Positions 27,200-39,064 of a stretch of DNA of 64,000 nucleotides are shown in pieces. Source of the stretch: Haplodiscus bocki (taxonomy: Eukaryota); the NCBI GenBank assembly GCA_965655095.1, contig OZ296656.1:84568001-84632000 (forward strand). The letters run 5' to 3'. The notes beneath the pieces are model-generated. The model had not been told where the DNA came from. It saw only the letters and a program-made list of their open reading frames with translations, and did not search any database. How positions within the stretch are numbered: the first letter of the stretch is position 1; each line of letters begins with the position of its first letter. The position numbers and the translations under genes were made by a program.

Positions 27200-30060
27200 T
27201 TAAACCTGCAGTAAACTCTTGGGTGAATTATTTCTACTTCAGACGAAGTCGCAAAAGGCGGCAAAACAGTTCTTTTCAAACATATTAACAAGCAGAGTAA
27301 ATCTTCATATTTCACAGAAATTACCGGTAATTTAGCGTTATAAGAATTAAATTTCGCTAAAAAGAATACAAAATATTTTTGATAAACTACTCATTCGATA
27401 TCTTCAAATGATAGGGATCGTTCAAATGATCAGCAATTGGCTCACTACTATTTCTGATCCGCTCTTTCGGCGAATTTTTTATAAAAAATCAGTGGTCTTA
27501 GTGAAATGAATTAACCCAAGTATTTTTCTTCTTCGCATTGACAGAAATGGTTCAAGTAGTGAATGAAGTACATCAATAAACCAGTATGCCGTATTGAACA
27601 ATTGGTTTCACATTACAAAAATAATACTTCAACAAAACTCTTCGCGGGACGTAATGTCGTATTTTAGATATCACGCCTGAATGCCTGGAAAGTTAGAATC
27701 TTCTATCTCTGACATGTTCACAAAACTTCAGATTTCCATCGACCAAAACTCCTAAATACTTACAATAATCATTTAATAAAGACTCATTTATTTCAACCAG
27801 CAGAGTTGAAGCACTCCTCTTTCTGTTAAAACAAAGTAAACTCGACTTGTCAACATTTACAGATAACTTATTGGAAAGGAACCAGTCACATATATTGGAG
27901 AGATCGTTTTAAAAACTTGCGGGAGACAAACAAACACTTGTAATGTTGGAATCGTCTGCAAATAGATACTTGCGAGAACTGAACTGTTTTAGTAATGTCA
28001 TTGATGTAAACCAGGAACAAAAGTGATTCTGAAACAGAACCCTGCGGAACTCCTGTTGTTATATTTGCCCATACGGCTGGACCTTTACCTTCTACAAACT
28101 GCATTCTATTTGATAGATAACTTTAAAACCATTTGTTTCCGATTCCTCTAACGCCGTGAGCCTCTAATTTGTCTAGCAAAATCGAGTGGTCTAGAGTGTC
28201 AAAAGCTTTTTGAGCTCGATAATGCACTGATATTATGAGTCTCTTTAGAGCCCATACGAATAATTTCCGTTAATTTAGCCAGTGAATCTATAGTGCAATG
28301 TTTCTTACGGAAACCAAAGTGTTTGTCGTACAGAAGATTATATTTTTCCAAATAGTTATTGAAACGTCTCATCACCCGCTGATAAATTTTACTTATCGAC
28401 AATACAAGAGAAATAGGTCTGTAGTTATTCATATCCTTGAAGCACCCAGATTTATAAAGGGGTATAACTTTAGCATTCTTTAGCATGTCATGATACACTC
28501 CAGATTCCAAAGAAATGTTAACAAGTTCTGCAATGAAAGGAGCAATTGCCCTTGCACAACTTTTGAGCACTACTTTAATAATGTCTGGACCAGATAAATG
28601 TTTGCTTTTGAGCTGTTGAATTACTTTTAGGCATTCGTTTTCGTTTGTTCTGAAAGAGTACATTGATTGATGTGCACGCTGGTCTGTTTTCGGTGAGTTC
28701 TTCACAGGAAGAGACTGAGCTAAATTCGGTCCAACAAACAAAATGATGATTGAAAGCATTGGCAATCTCCGTGTAGTCATATACTTCATACCTGTCTACA
28801 TCTAAGCTACTCAATTGCCTTGACTGAAACCTGTTACCAGTAACTTCTTTTAGTACTTGAAAAACTTGCCTCGAGTCTCCAATAAAGCTCGCGAATTTCT
28901 TGTAGTAGAAACTTTTCTCGGCAAATCTTATCGGTTGATCAACTTTTATTCTTTGCATCAAGAAAGAGTCTGTTTTCCGCGCATTTTCCTTAGCTTTTAT
29001 CCACAGTCGGTGCAACTTGTTTCTTTTATTTATCAAAGTCTTCAACTCTTTATTAAACCAGTCAGCAATAATTTTCGATCGAGATAACTTTTTTCTAAGC
29101 GGTACGAGTTTATCAAAAACCTCAGTAAACGCGCAAAGAAACCTATTGTAAGCCAAATTTGCGTCAAGATTCTACGCATTGATAACATTTATTAGGTTCA
29201 GCTATCAGCTTGTTTTCGAACTCAATTGAATTTTCCGACCTGAATCATTGACCCCTCCCCTTCGATTGATTCGACAACTAGTAATGACTCCATTGTATGC
29301 TGGTATTAGATATGGAACATTGTTATCACTATTTTCCAACCAGGTTTCAGAAAAGCACAAGATGCGAGGCGGGAGACCCGAGGCAACTGAAGTGCTTCTT
29401 CATCTGCATAATGTTTTTTAATGACCGTACATTCAACGAAAGCACCTTGACTGATAATAAAGAGGGATTGGAGGGTTTCACAAATTCATTTAAATTTTTT
29501 CTTTTGCCCTTCTCATGTTTACGTTCCTTCTTGTTGCTGTGCCCCACCGAAAACTCAAGTAAAACATTTCATCACGTTGGTCAAAGAATAGTCCATGAAG
29601 GACCCGCCCTCAAATAGTCGTCCAATTTTGTAAATCTTTTTGTCTTGTTTCTACACAAAAAAGATTGTGCCATCCCTTGTCCATACAGATTCTACCATGT
29701 CGTCACTTCTCATCAGTTTGATGAAATTCATTCATGGTCTCGTAATGCCTTCGTAAATCTTGACATTTAATCCACTCAAACTCACTAGTTTCTTGTTCTG
29801 TAACAACGTTATTTTCGCAACTAATCGGGAAAAACGCACTATGACTGGTTTCAGATGAATTCGCGAGGGTTACAACACTACGTCGGGTATTGTTTGGCAT
29901 ATCCATTATGGTGTGTGTGGGTGGGGTGGGTTAAATCAACGGTCTTATTCCAAATTTTTTTCAAGACTTGCAGCTTGAACACCGGAAAATCATCTTATTT
30001 CGCTTCTCAACACACCGGAACCCCGTCTGAACAACACACAAACGCCTATCACGCGAAATG
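27200..30060 (-). mobile_element. Decayed APE-RT LINE (CR1/L2/Jockey group) in INTS3 intron 2; boundaries approximate
   Basis: Fragments VLSLNVRSL (APE start), AKVIPLYKSG...NYRPISL...FGFRKK, GVPQGSVSESLLFLVYIND and PIVQYGILVY, with many frameshifts. Confidence 0.88.
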
Positions 30061-32282
30061 AAAATTGTAAGAAGCCAAGACGTCCACAAGTCTTCAATAA
30101 CTTTTTGTTTTACAAGAACTTAAATTTCGACTTCTGCAGCTAATTTTATATTTTTCAAAAGAATTATATTGACCAAACGATCTATCGACCACAATTTTGA
30201 GTTAACACCTCAACAGAATTACACTGACTCCTTTTCGATGTTTCAACGTAGTTGTAGTAGTTTTTCATCAAAGTCTCCGAAAGAAAACATCCGAAAACTT
30301 CCAGGACTTGGTGTAAGTTTGTTGCTCAAAAACAGTATATCATCTCAACCCAGTCTGCGAAGAACTGAATTCTCGTCTTGAAAAGATAAAGCCAAGCAAG
30401 CCAAAGGACTCCAACGTAAACTTTGAGAGCGATCAGAGACAATCCTAGAATTAACTATTTTTCTACTTAAGCAAGGGGCTGTGATCTTTACGGCTTTGCC
30501 AATTTCAAAACGTTTCATCCGAACAATTTAGCACTCAATCAACATCAATTTGTTGAAGCTGTTCCACATAAATAACTTCAAAAAAAGATCACGTTTCGCT
30601 AGATTTTGTTCATTTAAAACGAAAAAGTAAAAAGTTTTTTTCTCTGAAATCAATTCATTCTGCTCCCTTTAGAACCCCAGATCATCTGCCATCAATTTCC
30701 AATGAAATCGATATTAGAGTCAAACGAAGGAGCCCAACATGAAACTTGAGATAGGTTAGACAATCAAACACCTACAGGATATGCAACCTAAATTTCGAAA
30801 CTTCGACATTCCTTATTATTTTGCTCCTTTCGAAACGGCAAATCTTAAAACCCCAGCGTTCAATCGGCCTTAAATGTGCTTTCATTTTCTAAACGCTAGT
30901 ATTGAACTTTATAGGGTTTCTGTAGGGCTCTGCCACTTCTCATCGGTGTCTTGAAAATACTATGTCCGAAAGAAAAACATCGGCATCAAGGATGCTGGGC
31001 ATTAAGCGCTAAGAATTTAAAATATTAAAATGGATTTCAGCAATTTTAGCATGAAAGGGTGGATGACTTTGAGAAAAAAGAATATGCTAACTAACAAATT
31101 TGAGAACACTTGAATCAAATACCTGTCCTTAAGTCGAAGATTGAATAGATTAAATAATCAGTTCGCTTTAGCTCAAGAAAGAGATGAAAATAAATGTGTA
31201 TGGAATAAGAAGCAAGAAATTTTCCAAGTCACTGTATCAGCCGGCCAGTCACGTGGATTTGCAAAGTGCTAAGAAAAAAGTAAAGCCTACAGGCCTTTCG
31301 CTTATGATCTTCATGCCTAAAAACAAATTTCCGAACTTTGATTCTGTTTTGTTCAATTAAAAATCTCATTACTACTACTCGTTTATTAACGACCTCAATT
31401 CTTGTGTGAATCACTTCAAAAAGACCCGATTCAAAGCTTTGTGGTATCACATAGGATCCAATAAATTTTCTCACTCAATTACGTAGAATAATTGTTACTT
31501 ATACCATAAATTTGCTATTTTCCAAAGCGGCATAATATTGGCAACTGAATGTTCAATAGACCTGCATTATGTTAGCTCGTTAGAAAGGTCTGTACTCCTG
31601 TCGGGTGTCTAGGGCCTTCGATTAGTTTTAATGGAGAGAATATTTCAGAAAAAAAGCACGTTTTCCAAAATTTGTGTGGTGCTTCAATGTTCTCAGAACC
31701 ATATATTTTCTCAATTCGGTTATCAACAAAAATTAGTCGCATGGTCAAAATAAGAAGAAAAACGATTAATAGCTTTGTGAATAATTTTCTGAATCTTTGT
31801 TTAATAGATTAAGGCATCAAAAAACTTCTAAATATGACCTGTTTGAATATTTATATGAATCAAATGTCAACGTAGATGAAATATGGACAAAAACTGGCGG
31901 ATAACTGAAGGATTTCACGAAAGTTCGAAAATGTAGAGGGAAGCCGAAAACTCAAAACATAGTAAGCTGGCACAATTAGCGGATACATGACGGATTAACA
32001 GTGGCTGCTAAAAGAGGGATAAATAGAAAAACGGATAATCGAGAGATAAATCGGAGATATCACGAAATTTGCCTCTCAAAAAAGTTTGTCATATGCAACA
32101 CTTTCAAATTTGCTATGATATCTTACTTTTGAAAATATATATACTCATACTTTGCCAATAATGCTACACGTTTTTCCATTTTTTAAGCAGCTGTTTTCGC
32201 AAAATATCGCAGTGCAACTGAGCCTCTTATTTCAATTTTCCAGGTTCCAGAACCAATCTCCGATTCAAAAGAAAAGTCTTAC

Positions 32283-32740
32283 CGTTAAACTTCGGGCTGA
32301 GTAAATGAGGTTGATAAAGAATGTCTCTCCAAAGTGTTTGGAAGTCCGGTATTGTGGCTACGTTCTGCAGAAGTCTCAATAAATCACGTCCAATGATGCA
32401 ACAGTCCATAAACTTGTCTCGAAGCAACGAAACGCAAAATTTGATTTCCTTTTGTCTCAGAGATTCAAACCTATTGGTACCACGATGATCGCATATTAGT
32501 CTGAGATACGTGTACAAAAAGATGCCCAGAATGAAGGAATCCGTTTCGTACAAGAGTGTCATTTTGTTCTCGATGAAGATGTCAAGTAATTTGTCTGCTA
32601 GCCAAACATTTTTGGCCGAAACGTCGCCACCTACAATGTTTTTCATGAGGCAGATGCAACATTGGTTTGCCCCAATGCATCGGCTTTTGACAAGTTGGTT
32701 CACAAACCAAACGAGTTGCTCACGCGCCGTGTCTGTCAAT
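32283..32740 (-). CDS. INTS3: Integrator complex subunit 3, coding exon 2
   Basis: QLVWFV...GGDVSAKNVWLA...YTYLRLICDH...LRQKEIKFC...IGRDLLRLLQNVA. Acceptor TTTCAG and donor G|GTAAGA; phases match the neighbouring exons. Confidence 0.96.
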
Positions 32741-33014
32741 CTGAAACAGAATTAAGTTAACGTGAAGTTTCTAGTTTCAATTTTTTCCATAAAATTTGAT
32801 TTTTAGTTCCATCAGCAAAACGCATTGGCACTATACCATAAGTATCCTCAGGCACTTGAATTTTACAGCCTGCAATTTCTGAAGTTTTTCGGTAGTTCCC
32901 AAATTTCTCCAAATGTCAACAGATATTTTTCGAAACTCTAAACCAACAAGAAAATAACTCAAAATATCTCAACTGGCTATGTTGAAATCGTACTCGAGTC
33001 AAATCTCCACTAAC

Positions 33015-33361
33015 CTGAAATAGAACTCCATGATAATCACGTTGAGCTTAGCCAGAATTGATCCAAAATGGTCTCTTGTAATGAGAGCGAGATCCTGGAA
33101 TGCCCGATTACTTGAGTCAGCATCCATCAAAATGAGGTAAAACAATCCAAGGCATACTTTTTCATGATTCTCGCTATTCGCATTGGCAGTTGATGTCAAA
33201 ATGTCGTGAATTTCTTGGTTTGATTTGCCAGGTTGATCAGGAGGTTGAACAACTAATTGACGAACGAAAGTTCCAAATGACTCGAGTTCGTCTTCTAAAC
33301 GCTCTTTCGGTTCAAGCTTCGTTACAACAAACAAGCCGGAACAACTGGTTTGACCCACCAT
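33015..33361 (-). CDS. INTS3: Integrator complex subunit 3, first coding exon (probable ATG at 33361)
   Basis: HEKVCLGLFYLIL...FQDLALITRD...KLNVIIMEFYFR matches the INTS3 N-terminus. Donor AG|GTTAGT. Confidence 0.92.
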
Positions 33362-34277
33362 ATTGCTTCCTTCTATCCAGACTTCACATTTCAAGCTGAA
33401 CTGAAAAGTACTGTTGATTATTCCAGACGCAAAGCCTACTCATGCAGCGCCTATCACCAAACATTTAGGCACGAAAATTTTGGTGACCAACAGAGACCAT
33501 GATTCAATGTAAGTAATCATATAATCGTACTTTCAGTGGTTCCTGGCAACTTTGAATTTTATGCCGCAAGTGTTTTACAGCATTCCCGAAAAAAAAGTAT
33601 TTGCGAGAGCACTCTCTCCTGTGGGAGCCCCTAGTTCGGGGTAAAAACTTAGCTGCTTTCATTGTCTCGTTTGATTTCGTGTATTCTAAGTTTGAGATAA
33701 CTCTGGAACATCTTCACTGGTTCTCTAATTCCCACGTTCCATAGCTTCAGATGTCCTTTGTGCTACACACTTCAATGCAGTTTTCCAATCCTAGACTTAT
33801 CAAGGAAGTGGTTTATTTTTTGTCACTTTGCTACTCTCAATTGAATTTGCGTGATGATCGAGTTCTGATCCTAGTTGCCAAGAAAAAAGCCTTCTTGCTC
33901 GTCGCCAATTAGAATATTAGATACAAGCTGTTAGGCGCCAGTGGATGATTCGCTCAAGAACTTTCCGTACATGACATACCTGGGATGTCTTCAATCAAAT
34001 TAAACAATCAAATATCTTCACACTCGATTTCATAGATGGTGTCAAGTTGATCGAATGCATCGAATCAGACGAGGAGTCAATCACAAAAATGAGTTAGAAA
34101 AAACAGGTTTGACAAATTACTGATTCGCTCAATTCAGGAAAAAGGATGAATTACATGACACTCCTCAACTTCCGACAACATTACCACAGCTGCATTTTAT
34201 GGAAATCGTATTAAAAATAAACTATTAATCGTTGATGCATACAAACACAAGATCCTTATGATTAATACCAGGGATTG

Positions 34278-34430
34278 CAATACCAATACCAATACCAATA
34301 CCAAAAGTCAATACTTGGGCCCTCAATACCAATACCAATACCAATACTATCAAAATTTTGACCCTCAATACCAATACCAATACCTAGACCCCTCAATACC
34401 AATACCAGAGGGCTCAATACCACAAAAGTG
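34278..34430 (+). repeat. Subterminal (CAATAC)n array, left end of hAT; a similar array lies at 36780-36896
   Basis: More than ten CAATAC/AATACC hexamers directly visible; probable transposase-binding sites. Confidence 0.85.
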
Positions 34431-34587
34431 GTATTGAATTTGAATTTTTCAAACTCCGCATTACAAATTTTCGAAGCTGATTTTACGAAAATAAAAAATA
34501 TTTTTAGATTTTATTTTATTTTGCTTGATTTTAAAACCAAATTCTACTTTGGAAAATTAATATTTTTTGCGTTTTAGATGAGTTTTG

Positions 34588-36273
34588 ATGAGTTCCAGTA
34601 CTAGCGTTCAATCGATTTCTGATGAAATTACGGTAATTGAAAATCCAAAACTTCCAGTCGTTGAATATAGAGTCAATAAGAAGACTTCAAGCAATGTGTG
34701 CAAGTTATTTTTGCTGGAATTTAAGGACGATGTACAGACTGAGTGGCGAAAATGCATTAAATGTGATGCTTTGGTCAAGGCCCCGAATTCCGGAACAAGT
34801 GGTCTTTCAAAACATGCGGATTCCTGTGCAAAATCCAATAAGCGGAAAGCACCTACAAATCAGCCCAAGATTGGTTTTGAAAAATGTCCCAAGCTTAATT
34901 TGCCTAAAGGAATGGACACTGTTTCTAAGCTTGTGTATAAGGACAACATTCCTATTACAGCTGTTGCCAAAAGCGAAGCTTTACAAAGTATGTTTCGTGA
35001 ATTAGGATTTGGAAGCGTTACTTATCACTCTATGAACAAAGCATTAGATGAGAAATATCATTGCATTGTTTCAAAATTGAAATCAATTATTGAGTCGCGA
35101 AACAAGGAACAGCTTTTAACAATTACGTTTGACAAGTGGACCTCACAGGATGGGAAGAAGTTTATTGGTATATATTTATACGTTGATTTGCACGACATTT
35201 GTCTTGGTTTAATTCCTTATAAACACTTCTGTGGAGCGGAAGAAATTGCAACCTATCTTCGGAAACAATTAGCACTTTTTGGCCTTACCCCTAGTGACAT
35301 AAAAATTTCGGTTACTGATTGTGGAGCTGACGTACAGGCCGTTTCTGAGTTATTTGGTTGGTATTCATTTCCTTGTTTGGCGCATGTAGTTAATTTATGT
35401 GTTAAAAGAATTATTTGCGCAAACCCAGAATCGGATTTAATTTTTGACGAAAATGATGAAGACGATGAAGATCAAGATCAGGAGCGTGAAGTTGCTGTAG
35501 GCCAATTTCGCCATGTCATTGAGATTGTTCGGAACCTTTGCAAGAAGGTACATAGTTCAACAAAAAACGCCGAAGCCCTTGAAAAAGCACAGCTGGAATT
35601 TTTAAATAGTCAGAATGATGAACAAACAGACGGAGAGGTTGTCAGAAAATCACCATTAAAGATTATTTGCAGTAATGCGACGAGATGGAATTCAGTATTT
35701 GACATGTTGGTTCGCTTTCGAGATCTTAAACGATATATGCAAATTATGTTTGAAAATGATTTGCGAAACTACGACTGGGCAGCATTAGATAATATTATTG
35801 AGCTCCTTCTGCCCTTTAAGGAATGCACAATGCGGCTACAAGCAAAGGATGCATCTGTTCATACGGCTAAAAACATAATTTTATATCTTCAAGCACGGGT
35901 AAGAAATTTGTCAATTGATGCTCAGTTAGTCTTGGATAAATGGCTAAATAGAAATGATATCGTTGAAGCTCTTCTGAAGAAGCGTGGAAGTTTCTTCGAC
36001 AAGGTAAAGGAGAAATTTATATACGAAGAGAACGCTCAAAACGATCATGGTTACAATCTTGGGACAGAAATAACATTAGCTGATTTTGAACGTCGAATAT
36101 GTGCAGATGACTTTAGAGTTGAAGCCTATATGATTACATTTAAACCCGCCAGTGTTGACCCAGAACGCCTATTTTCATTGTGTAGATATTCTAAGAATTA
36201 TTTACAATGTCGTATGACTGCTGCACATCACGCCAGAAACGTTTTCTTGAAGAAAAATGAAAAGTTTCTCTAA
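34588..36273 (+). CDS. hAT transposase with BED zinc finger
   Basis: CIKC...GTSGLSKH (BED finger), TFDKWTS and VTDCGAD (catalytic Asp residues), CLAH (CxxH), TRWNS and PASVDPERLFS (catalytic Glu). The true start could involve a 5' intron, since a TTTTAG acceptor lies at ~34577. Confidence 0.93.
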   Translation: MSSSTSVQSISDEITVIENPKLPVVEYRVNKKTSSNVCKLFLLEFKDDVQTEWRKCIKCDALVKAPNSGTSGLSKHADSCAKSNKRKAPTNQPKIGFEKCPKLNLPKGMDTVSKLVYKDNIPITAVAKSEALQSMFRELGFGSVTYHSMNKALDEKYHCIVSKLKSIIESRNKEQLLTITFDKWTSQDGKKFIGIYLYVDLHDICLGLIPYKHFCGAEEIATYLRKQLALFGLTPSDIKISVTDCGADVQAVSELFGWYSFPCLAHVVNLCVKRIICANPESDLIFDENDEDDEDQDQEREVAVGQFRHVIEIVRNLCKKVHSSTKNAEALEKAQLEFLNSQNDEQTDGEVVRKSPLKIICSNATRWNSVFDMLVRFRDLKRYMQIMFENDLRNYDWAALDNIIELLLPFKECTMRLQAKDASVHTAKNIILYLQARVRNLSIDAQLVLDKWLNRNDIVEALLKKRGSFFDKVKEKFIYEENAQNDHGYNLGTEITLADFERRICADDFRVEAYMITFKPASVDPERLFSLCRYSKNYLQCRMTAAHHARNVFLKKNEKFL

Positions 36274-36443
36274 TTGAATGTTTAAGCATAAATATGTTTT
36301 CAGCAGTGGGAAGTTTGAAGCTCTAAGCATTTGCGTTACATTCACCAAAAAATTCTGAACAAAAGATATTTTCTTCATATTCAGCGTAAATTTTCGATTA
36401 AATAACATATTAGGTCATTTTGGCGATACACGCTTCGTTTGGT

Positions 36444-36710
36444 CGTAATCACTGAAAAATTTTAATTAAAATCGATACAAGTCAATTTTTCATGTACATG
36501 CTTATTTCCATCGTAATCACTGAAAAATTTTAATTAAAATCGATACAAGTCAATTTTTCATGTACATGCTTATTTCCATCGTAATCAGTAAGAATTTTAA
36601 TTAAAATCGATACAGGTCAATTTTTGATGCACATGCTTATTTCTATCGTAATCAGCAAAAAATTTTAATAAAAATCGATTTTACTCATTTTTTCATGTTC
36701 ATGCTTATTT
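36444..36710 (+). repeat. 68-bp minisatellite, 4 copies, in the hAT 3' region
   Basis: CGTAATCA...AAAATCGAT...CATGCTTATTT begins at 36444, 36512, 36580 and 36647. Confidence 0.9.
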
Positions 36711-36994
36711 TGGCTGTTTAGAGCACAAATCCTTCATTAGGGGTAAGATAAGACCATTTTTGATGTACATGCGTATTTTCAATACCAGTTCACGATTGGG
36801 TCAATACCATTCACTAACCCAGGTATTGACTCAATACCAATACCAATTCCAATACCAAAAGTGCTCAATACCAATACCAAAAATCTCAAGTATTGAATTC
36901 CCTGATTAATACTACTACTACTAACTACTACTACTACTACTAAAAGACTTAAATTATGAGTAATCATAAATGAAAAGACACCAATAACTTAATT

Positions 36995-39000
36995 ATTTAC
37001 AGATGACAGCAATAGCATTGAATGAAAGAAGCACATGATTTCCTTTCATAAGAATTAAGGAAATAATTCCAAAAAAGAGATTTCAACAGGGGTTTGACTT
37101 TTTCACATGGATCATAGAAATTTATATTGTGTTTCATTGAAACGAAGTTCGCAAGTCTCGTTGCTCGATGGATGAAATTTGAATCTGTCAGTTTGTTTTG
37201 TTTTTTGGAGCTTGAAAGGAGGAAAACTAGTTTCGCGGAGGTTTTGTCGAGGTGCTTTAGAAGGCTCTATCAGGGACCGAACTTCAGGGCCAAGCTTTCC
37301 ATTCAGAACCTTGTTGAAGGTTAGTAGATCCTCTAACTGAAACAGAAGAGACAGTGGCAGAATGTTGCTTTGAATAAGACGCTCTTTATACGTGTCATAT
37401 GAAGTTATCCAACGCGTGACTCTACTTTGGAAACTTTCCAACTTTTCCAAATTAGTTCTGTTTGCGAACCAGAAAGTGGTTCCATTTAAAATCAAGGGCC
37501 TTAAATAAAGAACATATACTGAAGCTTTCTGACTGGTGGATAGATTATTTGGCAAGTTTCTTTTGATGGAGATGAATCTACCATGAGCTTTACAAACTTC
37601 CGACTTGATATGCTCAGTCCAGGACAGATTATAACAAAAACTTATTCCCAAATCAAAAACTGGCTTTCGAGTAAAAGAAATGTATTCTCCACCAAAAACA
37701 CATAGAGGTTGTTCTTTAATGTCCTTTCTCTTCAGTGTGAACCATATTAAACTTGTTTTGCTGAAATTGAACTGCATTTTATTTTCCAAGGACCATTGAT
37801 GTAGTCTAAGAAGATCATTCTGAAGCAAGGCTGGATCTGTATTGTTGATTTTTGTGTCATCGGCAAAGAGATAAGCAATAGAGGTTTCAAGCACATCCGG
37901 AAGGTCATTAATAAAAACCAAAAACAGCAGAGGCCCAAGCACAGAACCCTGTGGAACTCCACTGTTTATAGGCAAATACTCGGAATAGATGTTATTTATG
38001 ACCGTCCGCTGAGATCGATCTTCTAGATAGGATGATAGAAGTTGCAAAAGTTTCCCACCAATGCCGAAAGTTTTAAATTTTTCAATTAGCAGGTAATGAT
38101 TCACTTTATCGAAAGCTTTGCAGAAATCGATATATAGTGTAAAAACTTCTTCGCCTATGTCAAGAGAGTCGTGTAGTAACTTTAAATGCAATAGTAGTTG
38201 ACTAGTTGTTGAGCGGTTCTTCATAAATCCATGCTGTGAAGAGTTTATTTTCGGTGCAATAAATTTATATAGGTGCTTGAAAAGAAGCCTCTCAAAGCTC
38301 AATGATAGCCTCGAGACTGGCAACAGGCCAATAATTGGATATAATGTTCTTTGCTCCATTTTTATGCAGAGGCTTCATATCAACTAATTTCCAGTTATCA
38401 GGATATTTCGCAGTTTCCAAGATACTTCTGGCCAAGCCAAAGAAATGTATACTCAATGGAGTTGCAAGTTTCCGAACGGTTGCGCCTGACATGTTGTCAG
38501 AACCCATACCATCACTTGTTTGAAGAAGCGTTTCAATGACTTCTTCAAGTGAGAATTCAATTTCGTTCAGAACAGAAGGAGGGAAGTCTCTGTATTGTCT
38601 ATCGCATGTTGTGAACTGACTTAGGAAGAAAGTATTGAATTCTTGCGCAATTTCCGAAGGTCCAATAAACTGGTTATTGTTATGAAACATTTCATTCGGG
38701 AACTGATCTTCCATCCGAAAAGATTCGATAAGTTTGTAAATATCGTTCACTTTGGTATTAAATTTGAGGAAATTTTCGAAAAACAGTTGTACGTCCAGTT
38801 CAATTGACTGCAAAAGAGTTCTCTTAATCACGAGGTACTTTGATTTGACAAACTCCCTTCGCATCAAGGTTAAAAAGCAATTCATGAGGTGAGTCGTATG
38901 TGACGAGAAATAATTTGGTAAAGACTGGCGATATAATTTTTTGTTTCTGATATAAACCAGCAAAATTTGATGCAAATTCCGAAACCAATTCTGAGAATAG
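36995..39000 (-). pseudogene. LINE A ORF2, 3' part (linker, reverse transcriptase, C-terminal Cys cluster); frameshifted
   Basis: ORFs 38292-39020 and 37112-38359 carry RT motifs; frameshifts at ~38335 and ~37180. Confidence 0.9.
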
Positions 39001-39064
39001 CAAGTTGATGTTTTTGACATTTCAATCGGAAACTATTTAACTTATTAAATAGTTTCCGATTGAA

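Larger units (their letters stand above)
34269..36904 (+). mobile_element. Autonomous-looking hAT DNA transposon (2636 bp)
   Basis: TIRs CAGGGATTGCAATAC and GTATTGAATTCCCTG. Perfect 8-bp TSD ATTAATAC (34261-34268 and 36905-36912). Subterminal CAATAC arrays and an uninterrupted transposase ORF. Confidence 0.97.

Noticed and set aside
24760-32060. GGCGGATAACTGA and GGATA-rich patches at ~24828 and ~31896
   Set aside because: The match is too short to define an element.
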